From Cetorhinus maximus (taxonomy: Eukaryota): 64,000 nucleotides of DNA. The first letter of the stretch is position 1. Each line of letters opens with the position of its first letter. The stretch is from the NCBI RefSeq assembly GCF_964194155.1, contig NC_135884.1, forward strand, positions 73,408,001 through 73,472,000. Direction: 5' to 3'. A program made the translations under genes and the position numbers. Below the pieces are notes generated by a model. That model was given only the letters and a program-made list of their open reading frames with translations, was not told the DNA's origin and did not search any database. Positions 1 to 12,225 of this stretch are shown piece by piece.

Positions 1-58
1 GGGGCGTTTGATGGGGACAGTGGAGAGGAAGCGTTACTATGTATCTAACCCCATGCTG
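1..58 (-). repeat. Degenerate copy of the 69-bp repeat unit also arrayed at 38.5 kb
   Basis: GTTTGATGGGGACAGTG...TGTATCTAACCC is the reverse complement of the unit at 38461-38670. Confidence 0.75.
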
Positions 59-108
59 ACCATTGGTTCATGTTGTAGGATGCAGTAGAGCAGCAACAGC
101 TGGAAACC

Positions 109-316
109 ATGGCGAGTATTGAGACTAAGGAAGGCACCGTGCAACTTGAAGGGCAGCAGCTGTTTTACCGTCAGATGACACCCACTGAACAACCTCCCAG
201 ACTCTCTGTCCTGCTGCTCCATGGCATTCGCTTCTCCTCCGAGACTTGGTTGAATCTTGGCACCCTCCAGAAGTTGGCAGAGGCTGGGTACCAGGCAATC
301 GCTATCGACTTACCAG
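109..316 (+). CDS. ABHD14B: ABHD14B (alpha/beta hydrolase) first coding exon; acceptor AG at 77-78, so a non-coding exon probably lies upstream of the window
   Basis: [22 protein letters not shown]...[36 protein letters not shown] matches recalled vertebrate ABHD14B ([19 protein letters not shown]). Donor CCAG|GT at 316/317, phase 1. Confidence 0.95.
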
Positions 317-421
317 GTCTGGTAGCTGGTTACCCATGATCAGTACACACATGGGGGGATTATGATGCTGATAGGGAAGAAAGTAGTCTGCGCAAAGTGA
401 AGCAGTGTGTGCTGTTTGGTT

Positions 422-580
422 CCAAATCCTCAAACTCTCTCCTTAACAGCACAACGCGTGGACTGCAGCGATTCAAGGTGGCAGCTCACCATCACCTTCT
501 CAAAGACAATTAGGGATGGGTAATAAATGCTGTCCTAGCCAACGACGCCAACATTACATGAATGAATAGTTAAAAAAGAA
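422..580 (+). mobile_element. 3' tail fragment of CR1-group LINE family B
   Basis: GGACTGCAGCG.TTCAAG...CAATTAGGGATGGG.AATAAATGCTG matches the LINE end at 22430-22590. Confidence 0.8.
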
Positions 581-602
581 GTTCTTGCAGATCTCTCAGA
601 GA

Positions 603-2825
603 ACAAAAACAGCGAGACTCCTGGAGAGAGAGGTTAAAACAGCGAGACTCCTGGAGAGAGAGGTTAAAACAGCGAGAGTTCAGGAGAGGTTAAAACAGCG
701 AGACTCCTGGAGAGAGAGGTTAAAACAGCGAGAGTTCAGGAGAGAGAGGTTAAACCAGCGAGACTTCGGGAGAGAGAGGTTAAAACAGCGAGACTCCTGG
801 AGTGAGAGGTTAAACCAGCGAGACTTCGGGAGAGAGGGGTTAAAACAGCGAGACTCCTGGAGTGAGAGGTTAAAACAGCGAGACTCCAGGAGAGAGAGGT
901 TAAAACAGCGAGACTCCAGGAGAGGTTAAAACAGCGAGACTCCAGGAGAGGTTAAAACAGCGAGACTCCAGGAGAGGTTAAAACAGCGAGACTTCGGGAG
1001 AGAGAGGTTAAACCAATGAGACTTCAGGAGAGAGAGGTTAAACCCATGAGACTTTAGGAGAGAGAGGTTAAAACAGCGAGACTCCAGGAGAGAGAGGTTA
1101 AAATAGCGAGAGTTCAGGAGAGAGAGGTTAAAACAGCGAGACTCCGGGACAGAGAGGTTAAAACAGCGAGACTCCTGGAGAGAGAGGTTAAAACAGCGAG
1201 ACTCCAGGAGAGAGAGGTTAAAACAGCGAGACTTCGGGAGAGAGAGGTTAAAGCAGCGAGACTCCAGGAGAGAGTGGTTAAAACAGCGAGACTCCAGGAG
1301 AGAGAGGTTAAAACAGCGAGACTCCAGGAGTGAGAGGTTAAAACAGCGAGAGTTCATGAGAGAGAGGTTAAACCAGCGAGACTCCGGGAGAGAGAGGTTA
1401 AAGCAGCGAGACTCCAGGAGAGAGTGGTTAAAACAGCGAGACTCCTGGAGAGAGAGGTTAAAACAGCGAGACTCCTGGAGAGAGAAGTTAAAACAGCGAG
1501 AGTTCAGGAGAGGTTAAAACAGCGAGACTCCTGGAGAGAGAGGTTAAAACAGCGAGAGTTCAGGAGAGAGAGGTTAAAACAGCGAGACTCCTGGAGAGAG
1601 AGGTTAAAACAGCGAGACTCCGGGAGAGAGAGGTTAAACCAGCGAGACTTCGGCAGAGAGAGGTTAAAACAGCGAGACTCCTGGAGTGAGAGGTTAAACC
1701 AGCGAGACTTCGGGAGAGAGAGGTTAAAACAGCGAGACTCCTGGAGTGAGAGGTTAAAACAGTGAGACTCCAGGAGAGAGAGGTTAAAACAGCGAGACTC
1801 CAGGAGAGGTTAAAACAGCGAGACTCCAGGAGAGGTTAAAACAGCGAGACTTCGGGAGAGAGAGGTTAAACCAATGAGACTTCAGGAGAGAGAGGTTAAA
1901 CCCATGAGACTTTAGGAGAGAGAGGTTAAAACAGCGAGACTCCAGGAGAGAGAGGTTAAAATAGCGAGAGTTCAGGAGAGAGAGGTTAAAACAGCGAGAC
2001 TCCGGGACAGAGAGGTTAAAACAGTGAGACTCCAGGAGAGAGAGGTTAAAACAGCGAGACTCCGGGAGAGAGAGGTTAAAACAGCGAGACTTCGGGAGAG
2101 AGAGGTTAAAACAGCGAGACTCCGGGAGAGAGAGGTTAAAACAGCGAGACTCCAGGAGAGAGAGGTTAAAACAGCGAGACTCCGGGAGAGAGAGGTTAAA
2201 GCAGCGAGACTTCGGGAGAGAGAGGTTAAAGCAGCGAGACTCCAGGAGAGAGTGGTTAAAACAGCGAGACTCCTGGAGAGAGAGGTTAAAACAGCGAGAC
2301 TCCTGGAGAGAGAGGTTAAAACAGCGAGACTCCTGGAGAGAGAGGTTAAAACAGCGAAACTCCGGGAGTGAGATGTTAAACCAGCGAGACTCCGGGAGAG
2401 AGAGGTTAAAACAGTGAGAGTTCAGGAAAGAGAGGTTAAACCAGCGAGACTCCGGGAGAGAGAGGTTAAAACAGCGAGACTCCGGGAGAGAGAGGTTAAA
2501 ACAATGAGACTCCTGGAGAGAGAGGTTAAAACAGTGAGAGTTCAGGAGAGAGAGGTTAAACCAGCGAGATTCCGGGAGAGAGAGGTTAAAACAGTGAGAG
2601 TTCAGGAGAGAGAGGTTAAACCAGCGAGACTCCGGGAGAGAGAGGTTAAAACAGTGAGAGTTCAGGAGAGAGAGGTTAAACCAGCGAGACTCCGGGAGTG
2701 AGAGGTTAAAACAGTGAGAGTTCAGGAGAGAGAGGTTAAACCAGCGAGACTCCGGGAGAGAGAGGTTAAAACATTGAGACTCCGGGAGAGAGAGGTTAAA
2801 ATACGGAGATTTTGGGACAGAGAGG
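603..2825 (+). repeat. 30-bp minisatellite (GGAGAGAGAGGTTAAAACAGCGAGACTCCA), roughly 70+ units with 26-bp variants
   Basis: Periodicity is directly visible and produces the repetitive ORFs at 585-2914. Confidence 0.97.
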
Positions 2826-5800
2826 AAGCCAGGAGTGTCAGTTTTAAAATTTCAGTGAACAGTAAGATCACAGGAAGGCCCAATGTTGATTGGCTGGTGA
2901 GTAACTGCTCTTAGGGAGAGTGTGTAAATAGCTGGAAGTTCGAAAAATATTAATTTTGAAATATTTTATTTTTAGTGGTAAAGTTCTATTCTATTACTAA
3001 GGATTAAATTAGTACAGTAAATGGTGGTAAGAAGAGGTATTAAATAAAATAAAAAAGGAAAATAATTAAATGATATTAAATGATTAGTTAATTGAAATGT
3101 GTTATGGATGGCAGGGCAGATGATGTGTTCTGATTGCAGAATGTCGGAGTTCTGAATGCCAAGGCAACCATACCTGCAGATGGAGGAACTTCGGCTCAGA
3201 GTCATTGAGCTGGAGGCTGAGCTGCAGACACTGTGACACACCAGGGAGGGGGAAAGTTACCTGGATACTTTATACCAGGAGGTAGTCACACTCCTTAGGA
3301 TAGGGTCTTCTGATTTGGTCAGTGGTCAGGGACAGGAGGGTGTGACTGCAAGTGAGGCAGGTAAGGGACCCAGAGGGCAGAGTTGCTGGAGGCTCGGCCC
3401 TTGCCATTGTCCAACAGGTTTGAGGTTCTCTCAGCTTGTTTGTATGAGAGTGGGGGCTGCAGGGTGGATGTGCTGATTGGCCATGGCACTGTGGTATAGG
3501 AAGCTATTCAAGTGGGGGAGCAAAAAAGGAATGTAGTGTTAGTATGGGACAGCATAGTCAGGGGATAGACACAGTTTCTGCAGCTGAGAGCGAGAATCCA
3601 GATGGCTGTGTTGTCTGCCCACGCTGGGGTTCGGTATGTCTGCTCAGGGCTGGTGAGGAACTTACAGTGCGAGGGGGAGGATCCAGCAGTCATTGTCCAT
3701 GTTGGTACCAATGACATAGATAGGACTAGGAAAGAGGTTCGGCTTAGAGGATATGAGCTTAAGGGCCAAAATAAAATTATTACCTGAGCCACATGGAAAT
3801 TGGCAGAGGGTAAATAAGATCAGAAAGATGATTGTGTGACTCAAAGATTGGTGTGGGAGAATAGGTTTCGATTCATGGGGCACTGGCACCAGTACTGGGG
3901 TAAGAGGGGGCTGTATGTTGGGATGGTCTTCACCTGAACCATGCTGCAACCAATGTCCTGGTGAACTGTATAACCAGTGTGATAGAGAGAACTGTAAATT
4001 AAATAGTGGGGGAAAAGGATCATATGAGAAAAGATATAGTAAAGCAAAGGGAAACAACAAAGTAATGCAGCAGGGCAACAATTTGGATAATGAGTTCCAG
4101 AGTGTGACAGGAAGGGACAGAATATACAATCTCAAGAGTGCACCAGCAGATGATGCCATAAATGACTTAAAAAAATAAATTTAAGGCCCTGTATCTGAAT
4201 GCACGTAGCATTTATAACAAAAGGGATGAGTTGTCAGCACAAATAATATGAGCAGCATAAATATGTATGACATGATAGGCATTACAGAGACATGATTGAA
4301 AGGTGACCAAGGCTGGGATCTGAATGGTATTTGACATATCAGAACAACAGGAAGCTCAGAAAAGGTGGCTGGATAGCTCTATTAATTAAGGATGACATTA
4401 GTTCAGTACTGAGAGAAGACTTTAGCTTGAAAGAGCAAGATGTAGAATCAATTTGGGTAGAGATAATAAATAGTAAAGGTAAGAAGAGGTCACTTGTGGG
4501 AGCAGTTTATGGGCCTCCTAACAGTAGTTACAGTGTAGGTCAGAGCATACAGGAAGAAATAAACAGGGTGTGTAAGAAAGGTACCGTGATAACCATCTTT
4601 AATCTACATCTAGATTAGCAAAGGTGGCCAGGAAAATGAGTTCAGAGTGCTGTAGGCACAATTTCTTAGGGCAGTACTTTCTAGAGCCAACCAGAAAGCA
4701 AGCTATTCTAGACCTGGTAACGTGTAACGAGACAGGATTAAATCAATAACCTCGTGGTAAAGGAGCCTCTAGGTGACAGCGATTGCAATATGATAACATT
4801 TCATGTTCAGTTTGAAATGGAGGAGTGTGGGTTCATGACTAGTGTTTTAATCCTAAATAAAGGTAACTATGAGAGCATAAAGGTAGAGTTGGCTAAGCTG
4901 AACTGCAAAACTAGGTTAAAGGTAGCACAGTAGAGTTGCAATGGCAGACATTTAAGGAGATATTTAATAACACTCAGAAAAGATTTTATCCCAGTGAGAA
5001 AGAAAGGCTCTTTGAGAAGGATGCACCATCCGTGGCTAAATAAGAAAGTTAAAGATAGTATTAAATTGCAAGAAACACTGCACAAAGCTGCAAAGATCAG
5101 TGCTAGGTCAGAGGATTGAACAGATTTTAAGAACCAGCAAAGAATGACTAACAAGATAATAAAGAAGCAAAAGGCAAAGTATGAGAGAAAGCTAGCTTGT
5201 AACAAAAACAGACAGTTGAAGTTTCTACAAGTATTTGAATAGGAAAAGAGTAACTAAAGCTAGTATTGGTCCTCTAGTCTGGGGAATTGATAATGGAAAA
5301 CAAAGAAATAGCAGAGGCGTTGAACAGGCATTTTGTGCCTGTCTTCATTGTAGAAGACTTAGAAAACTTCCTAAAGATACTTGAAAATCAAGAGCTGAAT
5401 GGGAGGGAGGAACTTAAAGCAATCACCATCACTAGAGAAAAGGTGCTGGGAAAACTATTAGACCTAAAAGCTGACAAGTCCCCAGGACCAGATGGCCTGC
5501 ATCCTAGGGTCTGTAAAGAAGTGGCTGCAGAGATAGTAGTTGCATTGGTTACAATCTTCCAAAATTCCTTAGATTCTGGAAGGGTCCCAGTGGATTGGAA
5601 AATAGCTAATGTAACGCCTTTATTCAATAAAGGAGGGAGTCAGAAAGCAGGAAACTACAGGCCAGTTAGCCCAACATCTGTCATTGGGAAATTGCTAGAA
5701 TCCATTATTAAGGTTATAGCAGGATACTTAGAAAATCATAATGTGATCAGACAGAATCAACATGGGTTTGTGAAAGGGAAATCGCGTTTAACTTATTTAT

Positions 5801-6970
5801 TAGAGTTTTTTGAGAAAGTAGCAATCAAGGAGGATAAAGGGGAACCTGTAGATGTGGCGCATCAAAGGTTACTACACAAAATAAAAGCATATGGTGTAGG
5901 GGGTAACATATGAGCGTGGATGGAGGATTGGTTAGCTAACAGGAAATAGAGAGTAGGGATAAATGGGTCATTCTCAGGTTGGCAAGCTGTAACTAGTGGA
6001 GTGCCACAGGGATCAGTGCTTGGACCTCAACTATTTACAATCTGTATCAATGACTTAGATGAGGGGACTGAATTGTTTGGTAGCTAAATTTGCCAGTGAC
6101 ACCAAGATAGGTAGAAAATAAGTTGTCAAGAGGAGGTAAAGAGTGTACAAAGGGATACAGACAAGATAAGTAAGTGGGCAAAAATTTGGCAGATGGAGTA
6201 TAACATGGGTAAATGTGAACTTGTCCATTTTTGCAGTAGACTATTTAAATGGCGAGAGATTGCAGAACAGAGGGACCTGGGTGTCCTGGTACATGAATCA
6301 CAAGGAGTGAGTATGCAGGTACAGCAAGTGATTAGGAAGGCGAATAGAATGTTGTCATTTATTGCAAGAGGAATGGAGTAAAAAAATAAGGAGTTTTACT
6401 GCAGCTGCACAGGGCCTTGAGGCCACATCTGGAGTACTGTGTACAGTTTAGGTCTCCTTATTTGAGAAAAGATATAATTACATTAGATGTAATTCAGAGA
6501 AGGTTCACTTGACTCAATCCTGGGATGAAGGGCTTATCTTATGAAAAAAGGTTGAACAGGTTGGGCCTATACCCAATGGAGTTTAGAAGAATGAGAGATG
6601 ATCTTATTGAAACGTATAAGATCCTGAGGGGACTTGATAGGGGAGATACCAGGAGGATATTTTCTCTCGTGGGGGAAACTAGAACTCAGGGAGATAGTTT
6701 AAGAATATCTACTCCCTACTGTTTAGGGAGATGAGGAGAAATGTTTTCTCTCAGAAGGTCATCAGAGTGTGGAATTGTCTTCCCCAGAAAGCAGTGGAGG
6801 CTGGGTCATTGAATTTATTCAAGGCTGAGTTAGATAGATTTTTGATAGACAAGGGAGTCAAGGGTTACTGGGGTCAGATGGCAAAGTGGAATTGAGATGC
6901 AGCCATGATCTTATTGAATGGTTCGAAGGGCCGATTGGCCTACTCCTGCTCCTAATTCCTGAGTTCCTAG
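2800..6970 (+). mobile_element. Near full-length, decayed CR1 LINE (ORF1 zinc finger/coiled coil plus SGNH esterase; ORF2 APE plus RT)
   Basis: ORF1 start MAGQMMCSDCRM at 3108; GDSIVRG and VIVHVGTNDI esterase motifs; APE start LKALYLNARSI near 4180; [32 protein letters not shown]; 3' end GGGCCGATTGGCCTACTCCTGCTCCTA. Many stops and frameshifts. Confidence 0.93.
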
Positions 6971-6984
6971 AATACTGGAATCAG

Positions 6985-7325
6985 TTCATGGGATGTGGCA
7001 AGACTGCCATTTACTGCCCATCCCCAGTTGCCCTGTATAACTGAGTGGTTTGCCAAACCACCTCCTAGGGCAGCTGAGCATCTACCAAGTCAGAGTCATT
7101 TATAAGGCCCAACCCGCGTCTGGACTGCAGGTTTCGCTCAGCAAAGGGCATGGTGAACTGGCTGGGTTTTTACCACAGTCTGACAGCTTTGTGGTCACTT
7201 TAGTGATACCAAATTTTTATCTCCAGATTTTTAAGCTGAATTCAAATTCTGAAACTGCCCCAGCGACATGTGAAGCTGGGTGCTGTGGATGATTAGTCCA
7301 TTAACATGAGCACTACACCACCATA
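6985..7325 (-). mobile_element. tRNA-derived SINE, same family as 37322-37690
   Basis: Reverse-complement similarity to the 37.3 kb SINE, including the GGGCAA.T.GGGATGGGCA tail. Confidence 0.7.
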
Positions 7326-8103
7326 CCTGTAAGTTAATGGGCAGGGTTAGAAGCAGCCTGTATTTTCTCTTGTTTTTTCAGTTGTGTTCTGCATTCAGCC
7401 TCTCTCGCTGACAGAGAGCAGTGTCATTGTGAAAAGCCCAATATTCAATGCCCATGTTGTGACATCAACAACTGGGACAATAGTAGGGCTGGTTTGCTTG
7501 ATGAAAATACTTTAACCCCTTGTCCACACTCTCAATCTGAGATGCTGTTCACACACAGCACAAGGAAATACAACTGCACCCATCAGGGCAAGTGCCTTGG
7601 GCCTTGGATGCATGAAGAGGCTTTAGAGAGTCAGGGGGTGAACCATTTGCTGCAGGATACGCAGTCTCTAACCTGCTCCAGTAACTTAGTGACACATTGC
7701 TTTCAATTTTTTCTTGTTCTGCCAGTTTTCTCCACTCTTTAGCTGAGGTGTTGTTCCCCCAGTGATGGATGGCCCTTCAGTACCTCAGTACTGTGGCCAT
7801 TCCTCATGTGTGCATCTGTTGAGTTTTGATAAGCTATTCACCAGCAAGGAGCATCACAGTTACTCCTGACCTATTCTCAACCAACACCCACGTGGATATG
7901 AGCAGGACTATCCCCTCCCTAGCCCAGGAGCAACTTGGCCAAGATCAATTTGCTCAGCACAGCTTGATGAGACCTCCCTCTGTGTGACTGGGCTGATGGA
8001 TTCTGTTACTGGTGGAGTCACTCCTCTTGTTCGGAGGCTGCGTGTTGTACATTAAAGGCTCTCTGGCCCACTTTCCTTCTGTTTTTTTTTTCTCTTCTCC
8101 CAG

Positions 8104-8345
8104 GCCTGGGTAACTCCAAAGAAGCCACTGCTCCAGCCAGTGTGGGGGATCTCGCTCCTGACAGTTTCCTCCTTGGCGTATTGAAGGGTTTGGAGCTGGG
8201 TCCGGTTGTGATAATCAGCCCGTCACTGAGTGGAATGTATTCACTGCCGTTCCTGTTTGGACACAATGACATGGTGAAGGGATTCATCCCTGTTGCCCCG
8301 ATCTGTACTGAGAAATTCTCTGCTGAGCAGTACACCAGTGTGCAG
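8104..8345 (+). CDS. ABHD14B: ABHD14B second coding exon (nucleophile motif SPSLS)
   Basis: Polypyrimidine tract plus CAG at 8101-8103. Reads (G)[22 protein letters not shown]...[17 protein letters not shown]...[21 protein letters not shown]. Donor CAG|GTAAG. 242 nt fits phase 1 in, phase 0 out. Confidence 0.96.
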
Positions 8346-8357
8346 GTAAGCTGACAG

Positions 8358-8810
8358 AAAGAACTTGCATTTATATAGCGCCTTTCATGTCCTCAGCATG
8401 TCCCAAAACACTTCACAACCAATTGAAGCAGGGGCACTGTTGTGAGAAATGCGGCAGCCAATTTGTGCACAGCAAGCTCCCACAATGAGATACCGAACCA
8501 AACAATGGCCGGGATTTTCCAGCCCCACCGTGGCTGGAAGAAATAGACATTTCTCTTGACTCCTGGCAGGACTGGGAAATCCCGGTGGCAGGAAGGCCGG
8601 AAAATCCCAGCCAGTCACTTTCAGTGTTATTTGTGAAGGGATAAATATTGGCCAGGGCACTGGGGAGAACTCTTGTCACTTTTCTTCAACATATTGCCAT
8701 GGGAACCTGAGAGGGCCTGCAAGACTTTGGTTTCATGCAAAACAGCAACTCTGACAGTGCAGCACTCTTACACTGGAGGGCCAGTCCGCATCATGTACTC
8801 AAGTGATTGG
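8358..8810 (-). mobile_element. DeuSINE-like (SacSINE1/AmnSINE-type) SINE interrupted by a MITE
   Basis: Tail AACTTGCATTTATATAGCGCCTTTCA and central GGGATAAATATTGGCCAGG.CAC.GGG resemble the recalled Deu domain. Similar copies at 35835-36150 and 63690. Confidence 0.65.
8507..8612. mobile_element. 106-bp MITE with terminal inverted repeats
   Basis: GGCCGGGATTTTCC ... GGAAAATCCCAGCC (1 mismatch in 14). Flanks AAT/AGT. Confidence 0.7.
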
Positions 8811-8934
8811 AATGGAACTGACTCGGAAAAACAAATGCTCCTATTGGCTAGTGTTTCTTATGCTGAATTTCAGCCTCACAGAATAACTGTATTAGAACAA
8901 AGATTGATTTTTCCAGACTTCAATGTCAGCTCTG

Positions 8935-9186
8935 AACAAGTGGGCCGTAAACACGGCAGATTTCCTTCCCTAAAGGACATTAATGAGTCAGTTGGGTTTG
9001 GAGGGCAATCATTGATACTTTCATGGTTACCATTACTAACACTTCAATTCCAGATTTTAAAAAAATTAAGTTGTTGAATTTATTAATTAATTGAATTTGA
9101 ATTCCACCTGCTGCTGTGGTGGGATTTGAACCCATGTGCCCAGGGCTGGGCCTCTGGATTACTAGTTCAGTGTCATTACCACTATC
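8935..9186 (-). mobile_element. tRNA-derived SINE, 5' part
   Basis: Minus-strand B box GGTTCAAATCC, and TTTCCTTCCCTAAAGGACATTA shared with the 37.3 kb SINE. Confidence 0.75.
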
Positions 9187-9257
9187 CAGGTTGTTATTTT
9201 GCTTCTGTTGGGTCATTGCTTAGCGAACACAGTTGTACACCTATTTACTGGTGAGTG

Positions 9258-12225
9258 AGTTGGTAAACAAGATACTGCAGACGCAGAGACCAATGTAAGA
9301 TGAAGCACTTGCTGTTTATTAACACAAGTATCAGAGCACCAACACGTGTGCTTCTCCAACCAGACCCTATTGTAAACTACTGATTAACATTGTAGCCCAC
9401 GCTACACAGCAATTGGGTCATACAGTCATGTGGTCAATCTGCTCACATTCTCTTAAATTACCTCAGATTACCACATCCCTCCCCTTTACTCGAAAGTACA
9501 ACTTACAATCTTTACAATATATCAACTATTTACATAAATAAACTATTTACAAATTCAGTCTCTCTGGCGGCTTCTTTAAACGTGCCGAATGTCGTAGTTC
9601 TATGACTTCGGATGGTTTATGCAGGGTCTCTCTCTCATAGAAACATAGAAACTAGGAGCAGGAGTAGGCCATTCAGCCCCTCGAGCCTGCTCCACCATTC
9701 ATTATGATCATGGCTGATCATCCAACTCAATAGCCTACTCCCACTTTCTCCCCATATCCTTTGATCCCTTTCGCCCCAAGAGCTATATCTAACTCCTTCT
9801 TGAAAACATACAATGTTTTGGCCTCAACTACTTTCTGTGGTAAAGAATTCCACAGGCTCTCCATTCTCTGGGTGAAGAAATTTCTCCTCATCTCAGTCCT
9901 AAATGGTCTACCCCGTCTCCTCAGACTGTGACCCCTGGTTCTGGACTCCCCCACCATTGGGAACATCCTTCCTGAATCTACCCTGTCTAGCCCTGTTAGA
10001 ATTTTATAGGTTTCTATGAGATCCCCCCTCATTCTTCTGAGCTCCAGTGAATGTAACCCTAACCGACTCAATCTCTCCTCATATGTCAGTCCCACCATCC
10101 CAGGAATCAGTCGGGTAAACCTTCGCTGCACTCCCTCTATAGCAAGAATATCTTTCCTCAGATAAGACCAAAACTGCACACAATATTCCAGGTGTGGTCT
10201 CACCAAGGCCCTGTACAATTGCAGCAAGGCATCCCTGCTCTTGTACTCGAATCCTCTCGCTATGAAGGCCAACATACCATTTACCTTCTTTACCGCCTGC
10301 TGCACCTGCATGCTTACCTTCAGCAACTGGTATATGAGGACACCCAGGTCTCGTTATACATTCCCCTCTCTCAATTTATAGCCATTCAGACAATAATCTG
10401 CAATCCTGTTTTTGCTACCAAAGTGGATAACCTCACATTTATCCACATTATACTGCATCTGCCATGCATTTGCCCACTCACTCAGCTTGTCCAAATCACA
10501 CTGAAGCATCTCTGCATCCTCCTCACAGCTCACCCTCCCACCCAGCTTTGTGTCATCTGCAAATTTGGTGATATTACATTTAGTTCCCTCGTCTAAATCA
10601 TTAATATATATTGTGAATAACTGGGGTTCCAGCACCGATCCCTGCGGTACCCCACTAGTCACTGCCTGCCATTTGGAAAAAGACCCGTTTATTCCTACTC
10701 TTTGTTTCCTGTCTGCCAACCAGTTTTCTATCCATCTCAATACACTACCCCCAATCCCATGCATTTTAATTTTACACGCTAATCTCTTATGTGGGACTTT
10801 GTCGAAAGCCTTCTGAAAGTCCAAATAAACCATAACCACTGGCTCCCCCTCACCAACTCTACTAGTTACATTCTTGAAAAATTCCAGTAGATTTGTCAAG
10901 CATGATTTCCCTTTCGTAAATCCATGCTGACTCTGTCCGGTTCTGCCATTGTTTTCTAAGTGCTCAGCTATTAAATCTTTTATAATGGACTCTAGAATTT
11001 TCCCCACTAACGACGTCAGGCTGACTGGTCTATAATTCCCTGTTTTCTCTCTCCCTCCCTTTTTAAATAGTGGGGTTACATTAGCTACTCTCCACTCCTC
11101 TCAGGAGTTATCTGTCCTCTAGGCTCTCCAGTAGGAACCTGTAAGTTTGTTTCTTTGACTCCCTCAGGCTCAGCAGATCCTACAGGTATTTCCAAACCAA
11201 AGGGAGTTCCTTCCACATGTGGTGTAGACTCCAATGGGAATGCTTGTTGCATCCTTTCTTGTAGACCTGTGTCCCTTTTCCTGAGGTGATCAACATGTCT
11301 CCTAATTACCTGACCTTTGACCGATATGTGATAGGACAGGGATCCTGTCACTGCACTAACTTCACCTGATAGCCATTTGGGTTCACCTCCAAAGTTCTTT
11401 GCAAAAACTGTGTCTTCAACAGTGAAGTTTCTTTCACGACTGTGGTAATCGTGTCCATTTTTCTGGGCCTCCTGACTTCTCTCTACCCTCCCCCCTAAAT
11501 TCGGCCTCATGGGACTCAAACGTGTCCTGAGACGTCTCCTCATTAATAACTCTGCGGGGGCAATACCGGTGGTCGTGTGTGGGGCATAGTCCTATAGCTG
11601 AGTAGGAAATGTGATTATCTAGTTTCAATTGAGTCTCCATCCAGTTTTTTCATTCCAGACTTGAAGGTCAGAGGCTGCCTTCTCGACTATACCATTGGAT
11701 GCTGGATGGTATGGCGAGGTCTTAACATGTGTTATGCCTTTGAGACTTGTGACTCTTTGGAATTCCAAGCTGGTGAATGCTGTTCCATTATCAGACACTA
11801 TTATCTCTGGTAAACCATGTATTGCAAAACTCTGACACAATCTGTCTATGGTGGCGGCAGATGCGGGTGATCTCACCTCGTATACATCCATCCACTTCGA
11901 ATGAACGTCTATAATCAAGAGGAACATTGTGCCCAAAAAAGGTCCCATGTAGTCAATGTGAAGGTGGACCCATGGCCTTCCTGGCCATTCCCAGGGATGC
12001 AATGGAGCAGAAGGGAGCAATTTCTATACCTGTTGGCACTGTATGCAGCTCTTGACTAAGTTTTCGATTTCTGTATCCATCCCTGGCCACCATCAGTAGC
12101 AGTATGCCAATATTTTCATTCTAAAGATACCGGGGTGAGCACTATGTAATTCAGTCAATAATGGCTTTCTTCCTCTGGGAGGCACAATGATTCTCGCTCC
12201 CCACAGCAAGATGCCATCTCTACAC
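9258..12225 (-). mobile_element. Ty3/Gypsy LTR retrotransposon 3' portion (integrase, PPT, 3' LTR about 9258-9475), split by a CR1
   Basis: HHCC region at 12030-12145. Integrase core HIDYMGP...IVSDNGTAF...PYHPASNG at 11625-12020. Minus-strand PPT AAAGGGGAGGGA directly before TGTGG at 9475. AATAAA inside the LTR (TTTATT at 9315). Confidence 0.85.
9637..11094 (-). mobile_element. 5'-truncated, relatively young CR1 LINE inside the Gypsy element
   Basis: Long RT frames ([41 protein letters not shown]) and a CATAGAAA-repeat 3' end at 9637. Confidence 0.95.

Noticed and set aside
585-2914. Arg/Glu-rich ORFs (REVKTARL repeats)
   Set aside because: Translations of an intronic 30-bp minisatellite, broken by 26-bp units.
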